From Rozella allomycis CSF55 (lineage: Eukaryota): a stretch of DNA of 47,849 nt. The stretch is from NCBI GenBank assembly GCA_000442015.1, contig KE560662.1:1-47849 (forward strand), in the 5' to 3' direction. The notes under the pieces are model-generated. The model worked only from the letters and a program-made list of their open reading frames with translations, searched no databases and was not told where the DNA came from. The position numbers and the translations under genes are program-made. Shown piece after piece: positions 24,664 to 37,077 of this stretch; position 1 is the stretch's first letter; each line of letters opens with the position of its first letter.

Positions 24664-25838
24664 TCAAAAATCTAATGCCGCGTTTCCACCACCCTGCGAT
24701 CCACATGACATTGATTTCTTAACTTGAATTTTAGGGGCCGCCTGGGACCTCGACACTTCTTCTCCTAATTCAGGCGGCAAGCAAATTTTTTCAACGAGAA
24801 ATCTTTTTCTTCTGCACTTGAATACCAACTCGAATGTTTCTGGCCAGAAAATACTGACAGTGTTCAACCTAAATGGTTTCTCGAGTCGAAAATATCCTTG
24901 GTAATCTTTAGATAAAAAGTGTGAATCGTCGGTAAAAGCCTCGAGTTTCATCACGCAATCCGAAAGCTGCATAATGGACTGAAGGAATGCTTTTTCGTTT
25001 TTGTAGAGAGTCTCAGGAAACACAATTACACAGATTGAAATAGTCTGGCGAAGCAATATTTTTAGCTTCATCATAAAGTTTAGAAATGAGTTTAACTTTG
25101 TAAAAGATAATGAATACTTACATTAGAGATAAAGTCACCCTGTTGCCACAATAATGTTCCTATTTGATGAAGCACGAGTCTTGCGACTGTAGTAGGTCTG
25201 TTAATTGCCCTTTTAAATCAATCGTTATTTTTTACTTGAAAGGATTTAGCAATTGTTCGATTTCATTGTACAAAGAGTCGTACGAATCAACTTTTCCGAT
25301 GAAATGAAAGTTTTTCCTGTATTCCGATTGAAGTTCTTTCGAAGCATCANTTCCTGTATTCCGGTTGAAGTTCTTTTGAAGCATCAAAATATCCACAAAA
25401 AGAGTTTGCCTGTGGTGCTTCCTTGACAGCAACTTTACCGACAACTGTAGTAACTTTTGGTTGATGCTGATATCTCCAAGCAATTTTCATTTTTTCTTCC
25501 ATTTCATTTGTAAGGTCTTTTTCATTTTTTTCGTTGTCGTTTGTAATAACCAAAGGACACTTGTCAAAGTATTTGGGATCGTCAAGGGAAGCCACGATAC
25601 AAGTGTGATTATTAATAGATCCTTGTGATATAAAATAACGGGACATTAAAGAAGCGTAATCTGAGTGATCTGAAAAGATTGTTGTTAGAGTGCCAACAGG
25701 ATAGCCACCACCTAGCACGTAGTCAACAGATTCTATCCCAGAAGAGGTAATTAACTGGGAATTTCTAGTAGATAATTTAGTTCCTGAAGGAAGGGCAGGT
25801 GCAACTTTTGAGCTGGTTGCTCTTTTGAAAGCAGACAT
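24664..25838 (-). CDS. ELP4: Elongator complex protein 4
   Basis: Motifs SSGIESVDYVLGGGYPVG, MKIAWRY, FKCRRKRFLVEKICLPPE, and C-terminal LDF. Confidence 0.93.
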
Positions 25839-26110
25839 TTACCAAGCCTCCAAATCCAAAATTTTGAAAGGATTTAATTTAGATGATTTAAACTAGAAAT
25901 GAATGATAATAAACATAATTTCAATGTTTTCATGGTCAAATGTATACTTAATTTACGCCAAGCAACAAATGAAATTTGAATGAAAATAATCAAAATTTTA
26001 AAATGATAATATATACATTATTCCAAATTGTTTAATTTTTTGTCCAAAATAACAACTCCGATTTGAAGCAAGCAGGGGTGTGTAGTTTTAACCAGGGTCT
26101 TCTAAAAAGG

Positions 26111-29100
26111 ATGGAACCAAGCCAAAACAAAGAAAGTGTTGTAAACAGTACATCCGAGCGTGAGCGAAGCCATGTGAGTGTTGGAAATGGTGTGTTGAGT
26201 GGTTCAGGGGGCAGCATTAGTGGGCACCCAGCAACGGGCAGTATTGGAGGAGGAGGAGGGATCGGGATAGGGCGACCTTCAGGACAAAAGCTTCCGCCTA
26301 TGATGCCTTTGGCTGGATCAGGCATTCGACCTGTTCATACAACTTTTCATGCGAGTGGACCAGCGCCACCAGGAAATACGGGAGAGCGAATGGTGAGTGG
26401 GTATGGAGCAGGCCGAGGGGTTGGAGGAAGACCTGTGCCGCAGCAGAGTATTGGGAGGCCGGTGATAAATGATGCTTTTAGCTATTTGGACCTTGTGAGG
26501 AGACAGTTTGAAAACCATCCGGTGATATATTCGCAGTTTTTGGATATTATGAAAGATTTCAAGACGAATATGTAAGATTTAAATTTTATTGTGATAGGAT
26601 TGGAACACTTGGGGTGATAGAGAGGGTTAGCCAGTTGTTTAGAGGGTTTCCAGAGTTGATTAAAGGATTTAATACATTTTTGCCGCCTGGATATAGAATT
26701 GATGTTAGAGAGAATGGCGATATGGAGATTAAGCAGCCTAACCAGTCGTTTCCAACTGTAGTGAAGATGGGACAAACGTATACAGCGCCAACTGCTGCAA
26801 ACCAATCAAGTTCATTGTTGAATAATAGTGGAATGAGTGGAGGGATAAGTAGTGGATCTAGTGGGATGAATATTGGATCTAGTGGGATGATGGCGAATAC
26901 TAGTGCAACTGGAAGTGTTCCATGTGGCAGTCATCAACCAGCAGGTGGTAGCCACCCAACGGTTAATCATCCACCTGTTAATAGCAATCCAAGTGGGAGT
27001 GTTAGACATGCACCGAATATTTCAAGGCCAACAATACCAAGTATTTCTAGTGCAGATAGTGAGATGAACAAAGGACAGCCGAAATTACCACCACCAATGA
27101 ACATGCCAAGTAAGAATCAGTTTAAAAGATGATAGGACCACCACAAATAAATTTACCTTCGGCTTCAATGTTGCAGAATGTGACGCCAGTGAGACCACCA
27201 TTTAGTGGCAATGCACAAGGGCCTAATAAGAACAATGCCAAGAATGCAGAGTTTTCTAATGCGATTAGCTATGTGAATAAAATCAAGAATAGATTTGTGC
27301 ATGAGCCTGAAGTGTATAAAGGGTTTTTGGAGATATTGCATACATTTAGTAAAGATCCAGTGTCATTGAATGAAGTAATTTGAATTTGAAGATTTAAAGT
27401 AGATATTTACGCAAGTTGCGATATTGTTTAAGAATCATACAGATTTATTAGAAGATTTTGCTCATTTTTTGCCAGATTATCCAGGGAAGATGAAGATATT
27501 GATGCAAAACAGTGAGTATAGAAAGACGATGCAGCCAAAGCAGCCGATAGTGAGACAGCAAGTGAAGAGACAAGTGAATGCGAGTGTTGTGCAGAGTACA
27601 CCAGTGCCCAAGAAGATGAAGAGTAGTGCGAGAATAGAGCAAGTGATTCAACAAAAGCAAGAGTTTGATGAACAAGAATTTTTTGAAAAGGTGAAGAAAC
27701 ATTTGAATAATAGATCTGTTTATTCAGAATTTTTGAAATGTATTAATTTGTATACAAATGAAATAATTGGAGAGAAAGAATTGGTTGGATTAGTTTATAA
27801 CTTTATAGGCAAGGCAACTGAATTGATGGAATGGTTTAAAAAGTTTATTGGATACAAAGAACCAGTTGGAGGTAAAAGAGTTGAATTCTATTTATAGATA
27901 ATTTTGAGCCACTGCCAAAAGATAATCAAAATCAATCTAGTTTGATAGATTTGAGTAAATGTAAGAAACATGGAAGCTATAGAGTGTATCCAAGAAACTA
28001 TGAGAGACCCAAATGTTCTGGTAAAGATTCAATTGCAGAAGAAACAATAAATGAGATTCTAGTGTCATGCCCACAGTTCAATAGTGAAGATAATGCATTT
28101 TTAGCATCAAAGAAGAATCAATATGAAGAAATATTGTTCAAGTGTGAAGATGAGAGATTTGAAATGGATTTGTTGATAGAAGCGAATGCAGCAACAATTC
28201 AAGTGTTAGAACCCTTGTATAAGAAATTACAAACATTGTCACGTGATGAGGCTGAGCAGATTAGATTAGGGGATGATTTTGGAGGAACTTCAAGTGTAGT
28301 TTATATTAAAGCCATCAAGAGAATCTATGCAGACAAATCAAATGAAGTGATTGAGCATTTGAAGAAGAATCCATTGATAGCTGTTCCAGTAGTGTTGAGA
28401 AGATTGAAGCAAAAGGATGAAGAGTGGAGAAAGAGTCAAAGAGAATGGAACAAAATTTGGAGAGAAATTCATTTCAAGAATCATTATAAATCATTAGACC
28501 ATCAAGGAATCAATTTCAAAACAAACGATAGAAAGAATTTGAACTTTAAAACATTAATTAATGAGATTGAAGCCATTTCATTAGAAAAGAGCAAAGAGAG
28601 TAGAGAAAGGGAGGGCAGAGAAAGGGAGAGTAGAGAGAGGGAGAGTAGAGATAGAGAGATTAAAACAAGTGATAAAACAATTGATAAAACAATGGATAAT
28701 TCAATGGATAATTCAATCAAGTCAATTAAATCAAATAAAGCATTGAAAGCATTGAAAGTAGAGAGTAAACAATTCTTAATTCTTTGATAGATGGACATTT
28801 AAATTTAGAAATCAAGTTGGATTCAATTTTGAATGATTGTTTTGAAATAATTGAAGAATCATCAAATAGTTTAATTTTTAATTTTACTAGAAAGATTCTA
28901 AGTGCGAAATCTGTTTTTTATGGAAATTCAAACTTTTACATTTATTTTAGATATTTATTTCTACTTTATTCAAGATTAAATATTTTCAAACAAAAACAAG
29001 AAGAATTTATTTTAAAACCCCCAAATCATCAAATTATTTCCCCTGTGGCTTCGTTCTTAGATGTGTATAAGCCACCCACGTGTAAAGATCTTTTTTTCTT

Positions 29101-29858
29101 TTTTAGATTAGCTGAAATACCATTTGAAGAATATTATTCAACATTGAAGAAATTAATTAAAGATTTTGTTGCGAATAGAATAGATGCAAATCAATTTGAA
29201 GATCAAGTTAGATTTATGTTTGGAACTGAATCGTTTATTTTGTTTACAATGGATAAACTAGTTCAATCCCTCTCAAGACAAATTCAAATATTAGAAAATG
29301 ATCCCAAAAGTGAACAATTGATTGCATTGTTTGATCAAGAAAACGATTCTGATAAAACTTCTTTCAGATCTGATTATTCTTTTAGATCTGCAGCTGATTC
29401 TGTTATTGGTGATGAAAAAGAACTTTTATTTAAATTTGAAAATATTAATAACAAATTTGAAAATTTTATATCAATCTCTTTAATTGATAAATCAAACACT
29501 CAACCTGAATTCCACTCTGTTGAAGAGAAATGGTCTCTATACGTTGACAATTACATGAAACAAGATTTAAACGATATCATCAAAGGTACTTTATTTCTCC
29601 TTCTTTAATATAGATCGACCACCACTAATGTTGAAAAAATCTAAACGTTCTTCATTTTCAAATTTAGTCGCTTCTTTCAATTTAGAATGCAAAATTTGTG
29701 TGAATACTTATAAAATGTTTTTTGTTGAAAATAGCGAAGATTTCATGTTTAGAAATGTTCCCATTCCGCACATCAAGAGATCAAACTCTAACTTTATCAG
29801 CCTTGTAAATGATCATTTAAACCAATCTTCCATCTCTGGTTTAAATATTTCAATCTAA
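26111..29858 (+). CDS. SIN3: Sin3 paired amphipathic helix corepressor
   Basis: PAH1 ([10 protein letters not shown]...FLDIMKDFK), PAH2, PAH3, HDAC-interacting domain ([24 protein letters not shown]) and a C-terminal domain. Confidence 0.96.
28595..28760 (+). repeat. Serial short tandem duplications in SIN3
   Basis: RE/ES repeats, then [12 protein letters not shown] x2, SIK x2, KAL x2. Confidence 0.8.
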
Positions 29859-30031
29859 ATAAATTCATTTCACTTATATTTTGAAAGAGTAATGTGAATA
29901 AGTTGAAAGGTATAATTAAATAGTATTGGTTTTTTACTTTTAATCTTCTCATTAAAAGTTTTTTACCTCGTTTAAAAATTTAATTTTTAACTTTTGAACT
30001 TTTCAAACTTTACAATTTCCCTTTTCTAAAA

Positions 30032-30417
30032 ATGTCATTTTTCTCTTCCATTTCACGCCCTCGCCTATACACCACCCTCTCCAATTTCAACAACCTCCTC
30101 TCAAAATCCAAAGGACAAGCTCTAGTCAAATTTTACGCCGACTGGTGCGGTCCCTGCAAAGTCATCGATCCTATTGTCGCCAAAGTCTCAAAAGACTTGC
30201 AAATCGAGCTCATAAAAATTAATGTCGACGACAGCGAACAAGTATCTCAAAAATTTAATGTAATTCTATCCTCAAACTATTTTAGATTCAAAGTTTGCCA
30301 ACAGTAATGCTGTTTGAAAATGGCGTTCCGAAAAGTCAATTCAAAGGTGTGCAAAGTGAAAAATTTATTCGCGATTTTGTTGAATCTAATATTTCTAATA
30401 AAGGCGATTCATCTTAA
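30032..30417 (+). CDS. Thioredoxin, probably mitochondrial
   Basis: FYADWCGPCK motif and presequence-like N-terminus. Second exon begins IQSLPTVMLFENG. Confidence 0.92.
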
Positions 30418-30577
30418 TTTGGGATTCACGCACATTTACAGATAAGTAGAAATTCATTTGGCTTCAGGCTTAGTACAAGTCTCGCAGTGCTCGTTAAATC
30501 GGACGGGGAGTTTATTTGAAATAACATTAAATAACAATCGTTGGTGTTATTTTATATTTATTTATTTATTTATTGCN

Positions 30578-30684
30578 CTTCTTGCCATTTCGTAGACAAA
30601 ATATATAGGCACCAAAAGATAAAAGCACCAAAACTTTTCATCAATAATTGTCGCCACATGAACAAACCAAGTAGCGTAGATCAC
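30578..30684 (-). pseudogene. TMEM208/SND2-like C-terminal fragment
   Basis: VIYATWFVHVATIIDEKFWCFYLLVPIYFVYEMAR resembles the fungal Snd2 C-terminal TM region. There are stops upstream and the fragment ends at N30577. Confidence 0.5.
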
Positions 30685-31227
30685 GCCATTGGTTGAATGT
30701 CATATAGATTTCAAACTACATAATAAAAAGTTAAAGATGTTGAAAGGATGCTTTAAAATAGTTCAATAGTCAATGAATATTGGATTACAATTGATATGTT
30801 TCGCTATGAGAGTTGATAAATGATAGCCTACGGTCATTTCTGTTTAAGTTTATTATGACTTATGAGTGATAGCCCATTTTTCAAAATTGTTTTACCCTCG
30901 TTTGAGCATTATAAAAAATGCAAACTGTGACTCTTGACTGATCTAAACTAGAAAAATGGAGACATCATGAAACCTGTTTTTTCTATAGTATTAGTGCGAC
31001 TAAAGAGTTCCGGCAGTTGGCGATCTTATTTAGCGACTATTTGGAGCTGAACTAGCCTAATTGTTGCGACTTGTTGAATGATGTTTTGCAAATTTCGCGG
31101 GGTGGCGTGAATGTAGTTGAGGGGGTGATGAATATGTATCATGGGGATTTAAAAATGCTCTATACTTTATGGTCATAGCAATGACTCTTTGAATTGGTAA
31201 ACCGTAAAATTCAGAGTTTTACATCAA

Positions 31228-31727
31228 ATGCTAAACAGACTCCTTCCTTTGTCTCCGAGCTATTCCAAAACCATTTTAAGATTATATTCAACCAATTCAG
31301 TCCCAAAAGCTACAAAGTCAGGCTCTAGACTTCGAAGTGGGTAAAAAAACGTTCAGTACATAAAGACTAGATTGTTTGGATTCCTTTTTGGCTCATCCCT
31401 CACTCTTTTTACTGGAATAGCGTACCTCTCCAATGATGTAAATGATTCTTTAAAGTCCTTAAACAATTCCATTCAAAATGTGGAAAACACTACCTTTCAA
31501 GTACTATTCTATAGTAGCATTATTAGATTAAAGACCAATATAAAAAATTAAATACTTTGGAAGAAAGATTAAATGACTTGGAAGATTCCAGTATCGACAA
31601 GAAAGCTCTAGCCATTTTAAGGCGCGAAATGAGCGATCATATCGACTTTCTCTCAATTGAAAACAAAAAACTCCAAAATCAAGTATTTGAATTAGAGAAA
31701 CTATTAAACGCTCATGTTGATAAGTAA
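31228..31727 (+). CDS. Uncharacterised mitochondrial-type single-TM coiled-coil protein (three exons)
   Basis: MLNRLLPLSP...RLYST...RLRSG|LFGFLFGSSLTLFTGIAYL...FQ|IKDQYKKL...VDK*. Both GT-AG introns preserve the frame. Confidence 0.75.
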
Positions 31728-32158
31728 TTCATAAAAGAGTTGTAATTTTAATATTGCTTTGTTTACATTTCGCTACTTCAAGTACATATGCACTAATATC
31801 GCCAGAATACCTATTCCCTCACATTTTAAATATATTTTTACACTTGTCATCTTTTGATTTGACATGTTTTCGTCATTTCACGTGAAAAAGTGCCACTCGT
31901 ACATATCTTCTAATGAAATTAAATTTCTAAAAATTAAAACATATAGCTCTTTGTGTAAAAATTCATGACGTATTGAGGATCTATAAAACTGGACCAGACA
32001 TTGCTGCCCTTGCTTAAATGGTCTGGACCATCATTAAAAATGAATAAAAATCGATGAGACATGCGATATACACAAACTCGTAACTTTTATTTGAGATTTC
32101 TTTTATTTAATTTTTACATATTAAATGTTTTGATATCCCGATTTTGTGTAAATATTAC

Positions 32159-32917
32159 ATGCAAGGTTGTTACGCAGACATGCAATCAGGGCCACCAAAC
32201 GGTTCACTACCATCCAACGCTTTTCAGTATCATATCAAACGAATGTTAAGAACCCAATCAAGTCAGTTGCAAATGGCCTTGGTGCATAATACTGCTATTG
32301 ACACAAACATGTTAGCTTCGTTGTATTCGTCATTGCTACTAGATGTTTTATCACTAAGCCAATCATTTTCTGACAGTGTAGAGTCAAACGAACTAATAGA
32401 CACCGTCGCTTCCTTAAATAACGAGCTTCAGTCACGAGTACATTTGGCGATTGCACACTCACCCCAATACAGCAATCCAATGACATTGATGGATCAAGCT
32501 TCAAGATTTGACATTAACTGTACTCTTCCACCACTGTCATCGCTTGTCAGAGACCCTTTTGCCAATTTTGGAGTCGCTAAACATGTATTTAATGTCCCTT
32601 CATTTTCAAATCAATCCGACCTTATATCTTCCAAAACAAGCGATGCAGCTCAAGTCGCTCAATATACTCCTCGTCGGTCACCGTTTGACAAAAAGGCCAT
32701 CCGGATTCTCGAAAATTGGCTTAGTAACCATCTCGATAATCCTTATCCAACATGTGCAGAGAAAGAAAGACTTAGTGTGGAGGCATGCTTGAGTTATACC
32801 CAAGTTTCTAATTGGTTTACCAACGCCAGAAGAAGAAAAATGAAGAACATTTCCCCCGTCACCAAACAAGAAAGAAGACCATCAATAGGGCAGCCTTCAG
32901 AGCTAAATAAATCTTGA
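32159..32917 (+). CDS. TALE-class homeodomain transcription factor
   Basis: ILENWLSNHLDNPYPTCAEKERLS...QVSNWFTNARRR, with the three-residue loop extension before PYP. Confidence 0.92.
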   Translation: MQGCYADMQSGPPNGSLPSNAFQYHIKRMLRTQSSQLQMALVHNTAIDTNMLASLYSSLLLDVLSLSQSFSDSVESNELIDTVASLNNELQSRVHLAIAHSPQYSNPMTLMDQASRFDINCTLPPLSSLVRDPFANFGVAKHVFNVPSFSNQSDLISSKTSDAAQVAQYTPRRSPFDKKAIRILENWLSNHLDNPYPTCAEKERLSVEACLSYTQVSNWFTNARRRKMKNISPVTKQERRPSIGQPSELNKS

Positions 32918-33211
32918 ATATATTATTGTTTGTGTTTTGACAATCCGTGAAAATTAGATCTGATGAACTCGAGTTTTATTTTTCAGCTTTCAAAAATATT
33001 TTTACGCTTGATTTCAGAATTGATGGAAAAGGAAAGATTCGGATTTCGGAAAACGTGGACACTCGTTGTCTTTATCCACGTAAATCTATAACTAAAAGAA
33101 CTGATCATACATAAACATAAATAAAATGATAAAATCAAACATGATAAAGGATGATTTATTTACCCAGGCCTGATAAATATTGAACGGAAAATTCAAGGCG
33201 ATATTTCTCCG

Positions 33212-33769
33212 ATGTTTGAATCGTACTTGTTGTCTTTTATGTTCATCTGTTTGGTTCCTTGGGTCCGTGCATCATTCTATGTCATCAACCCATATACAGG
33301 TGTTGTATGGAATAAGAATCAGAATGTCAATATACGTTGGAATATACTCGATGGAACCTCCTACGATAAAATAATAGTTGATCTTATGAATGGGCCGTCA
33401 TTTAATGGGAAAGCGGTTGCTAACATTGCCACAAACTTAAATCCAGATGCGACATCAGCTTCTTACGTTGTGCCAGAAAACATACCCACGAGCTCAAATT
33501 ATTTCATACGAGTAACAGGAACAAGCTCTTCAAAACCTGTTTTTAGTTACAGTTCTCGTTTTCAAATTAATTCAGATTCGTCCCTAAATGAGGGCATTTT
33601 CTTTGGACAGTCATCAAAAAATACTGTACCTGGAAGCGCTAACGATCCAAACTCCTGTGCAAAGTGTGCTTCGGAAGCCAATGATGGTGTCTCTTCGATT
33701 AATCAAAGTTGCTTTATAGGTCTCTTGTCAGCTTTTGCAATGTCTGCAATGTGCGCAGTGTTTAATTAA
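33212..33769 (+). CDS. Secreted/GPI-anchored Kre9/Knh1-type Ser/Thr-rich protein
   Basis: Signal peptide, INPY.G..W, IRW, VDLMNG, YFIRV, YSSRFQI and a hydrophobic C-terminus. Confidence 0.8.
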   Translation: MFESYLLSFMFICLVPWVRASFYVINPYTGVVWNKNQNVNIRWNILDGTSYDKIIVDLMNGPSFNGKAVANIATNLNPDATSASYVVPENIPTSSNYFIRVTGTSSSKPVFSYSSRFQINSDSSLNEGIFFGQSSKNTVPGSANDPNSCAKCASEANDGVSSINQSCFIGLLSAFAMSAMCAVFN

Positions 33770-33840
33770 TAAATGAATATACATTTAATCCAGTATTCAT
33801 TTATATCATATCAGTTGTCGCCAAGATTGAACTACGCCAC

Positions 33841-35289
33841 ATGACGAGTGAGCAGATTACAAAGGCAGTCATTTTGGTAGGGGGTATTCAAACCATATTA
33901 TTAATTCATATAGGTCCTTCAAGAGGTACCAGGTTTAGACCTTTGAGCTTTAAGACGCCTAAACCATTGTTTCCAGTTGCTGGTCGGCCAATGATTTACC
34001 ACCATATTAAAGCATTATCCCAGCTTGGAATTATAAAAGAGGTGTTAATTATTGGATTCTATGAACCTGAGTTGTTTAACTCTTTCATTGATTCAGCTCA
34101 AAACGAGTTTGGTATTGGTATTAGGTAAACCTTATTATGCGTCAGTATAGATACTTAAGAGAATATCAAAGTCTTGGAACTGCAGGTATTAAAAGTAATT
34201 ATTGATGCATATTCAGGCGGACTTTATCACTTTCGGGATCAAATATTGCGGGGCTCGACTGAGAGATTTTTTGTCATGAATGCTGATGTTGTCTGCTCTT
34301 TTCCGCTTCAAGAAATGTTAGACAGCCATATAAGAAATTACGAAAAGCCTAAATGCACAATCTTGGCTACTACAGTTGAAGACAGTGACTCTGCCCATAG
34401 GTTTGGCTGCCTCGTTAAAAATGAGAAAAATCAAGTAATGCATTACGTTGAAAAGCCTGAATCCTTCCTTAGCAATTTGATTAGCTGCGGGGTATTTCTT
34501 TTTGAGAATACAATTTTCCAGCAAATGAAGAATATTAAAGCCATGTAACTAAAGGGATTAAAAATTAAAAAGGAAAGAAGAAAAGGAAGAGGCATTTGGT
34601 CTAGAAATTGATGTATTGAGACCTATGGCTGGAACTGGTCAATTATATGTTTATGAAATGGAACATTTCTGGAATCAAATAAAGACACCAGGGTAGAAAA
34701 TACAATAAGCTATAAAAGATCTTCAGTGTCTGCAAATAGAATGTACTTGCAAAGTTATATGATAACGTGCCCTGACCTTGTCACGAAACATGTAGAATCT
34801 GGAGCTGAGATAATCTCACCTGTCTATATTCATCCTTCAGCTTCCATTCATGGAACAGCAAAGGTAAGACAAAGTTTTATCTATGTCCATTAGATAGGTC
34901 CTAATGTTAGCATCGGAGCTAATGCGGTAGTAGGTAGGGGCGTAAGAGTAGCGGAAAGTATTATCTTGGAGAATGTCACATTAAAAGTACAACATAAAAA
35001 ACTGTAAAATATAAAGGAAAATTCATGCATTTTGAATTCAATAGTAGGGATGGATACTAATGTTGGTGAATGGGCGAGAGTCGAAGGTACCCCGGAACCC
35101 GCCCCGAACAGACCATTAACAACTAATGGAATCAAAGTACCTTCGATTACTATTCTTGGTATTTTATTTGTATTTGGAGAATTCATAGGTGGGGATATCA
35201 GCGTTGAACCGGAAGTTATAATTCGCAATTGCATTGTTTTACCTCACAAAGAACTAAGAAATAGCTATCATAATGAAATTCTGCTTTAA
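33841..35289 (+). CDS. GMPPA: Mannose-1-phosphate guanyltransferase alpha-type
   Basis: [47 protein letters not shown], a left-handed beta helix and the [15 protein letters not shown] end. Confidence 0.92.
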
Positions 35290-35362
35290 TTTACAATGAA
35301 ATAAATTCTTATTCTAACTGATTTACTTTGTGGCTGAATTCATTTTTTTCTAAAGATCAACT

Positions 35363-37071
35363 ATGTCGTCAGACGAGGAAGTTTGGGATGAGATCAATGT
35401 GGAGGACAAAATTATAAATACAGACACACTAAAAGACACCAATTTACATCCTGAAACTGTTAATGTTGAAATCACAAATGAAACGAAGAGAATTAGTCCA
35501 CAACAAAGACTAATGAGAAGAATTGTACATAGGGTTCATTTTATGTGCTTATTTGTGCACTATAAAAAGTTTAATATGCAGTTGAACAGTTCACTTCATA
35601 AATCTCATTTATTGTCGATTTTACCAGAATCTTTTCTAAATGTTAAACATTTGGAACCTAAAGAGATGGCCGTTTATTTAAAGCTTTTGTCACGATATTT
35701 GCACTCAGTTTTTAAAATTGAAAGTCTCGATGATGAAGAGCCTTTGGGCTTGCTGGAAGCATTTCAACAAAGAAAAGTGTATGAAGACCAATTTGTTGCA
35801 TTTTTCGTTATAATTATGCGCTCTTTAGGTTTAAAATGCCGCTTTGTAGTTTCTTTCAATCCCGTTTCTTACAAATCAACTTCACACATTACGAATCCAA
35901 AGAAGCGAATAAAGCTAGACGAGACTTCTTTAATGGAGTATCCACTAATTTGGGCTGAGGTCCTAAATGAATTTGACAAGAGATGGATTCGTAAAAAATG
36001 AAATTGAATAAATATAGACTGTGATTGTATTAGAAATATTGTTGATGATCCATCGTCCATGGAACCGCCTGTAAATCACAGAAAAGAATTAAAATATGTT
36101 GCCGGATTTTGCAACGGTAATTATTTAAAAAGAAAAAAACAAAGATGGAGCTGTTAAAGATATAACTGTTAGGTATTGCGCCTACTACGGAGCAAGGACA
36201 GTAAAACTTAGAACAGAAGAAAGACTTTGGGATTATATGCTATCACTTAATAAGAAATTCTATGTGAAACCCGAAGATAAATTAGAAAATGAAGAGTTTT
36301 TGGAACGCCAGAGAAACGAAACTCTGCCTACAACGAAGACAGGATTTAAGAACCATCCATTATATGTTCTTGAAAGTCAAATCCGTCAAAATCAAGCAAT
36401 ATATCCCAAAACCCCTGTTTTTGGTCTGTTTAACGGTGAATCTGTTTACAGTAGAAGTAACGTGAAAGAAGTAAACGTCATTTAAAACTTAATAAAAGTT
36501 AAAATCTAAAGAAGCTTGGCTCAAAGAAGCAAGAGTTGTAAGAGACGGAGAAATTGCCATCAAAACTGTAAAAGCCAGAACTTTGAAGAAAAAAGCTGCG
36601 TCGGAAGAATTAGCGGATAATGATACATGTCCTCTTTATGGAATATGGCAAACTGGACCTTACGTACCACCGAAGGTCGTAGACGTAAATCATGTTTATT
36701 TTTTAGTAGCCCAGGGTAAAGTGCCAAGAAATGAATTTGGAAATCTCTACGTCTTCCGACCAGAAATGGTCCCTGACGATTGTTGTCATATCCCATATAA
36801 AGGAATAGACAAAATTGCAAAGAAATTAGACATCGACTATGTGGATGCTGTTGTGAGGTTTGAATTCAATAGGGGTCGATCATTCCCAGTGTTAGAAGGA
36901 ATAATTGTCTTAGAAAAACATCGTGATATACTTTTTGAAGCATATGAACAAGTTGAAAATCATAAAGTTCAGTCACATTTTGAAGAAATACAAGGAAAAG
37001 TTATTAATCGATGGTCTAGGTTGATTAAGAAACTTATCATAAGAGATCGTGTAAATAAACTATATGCGTAG
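35363..37071 (+). CDS. XPC: DNA repair protein Rad4/XPC
   Basis: Motifs HRVHFMCL, WAEV, VKDITVRY, FKNHPLYVLE, LYGIWQT, KVPRNEFGNL. Confidence 0.95.
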
Positions 37072-37077
37072 ATACTT

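Noticed and set aside
30996..31071. Clustered GCGAC(T) motifs and short ORFs
   Set aside because: Spacing is irregular, the ORFs are under 40 aa with no motif, and they cannot be separated from chance.
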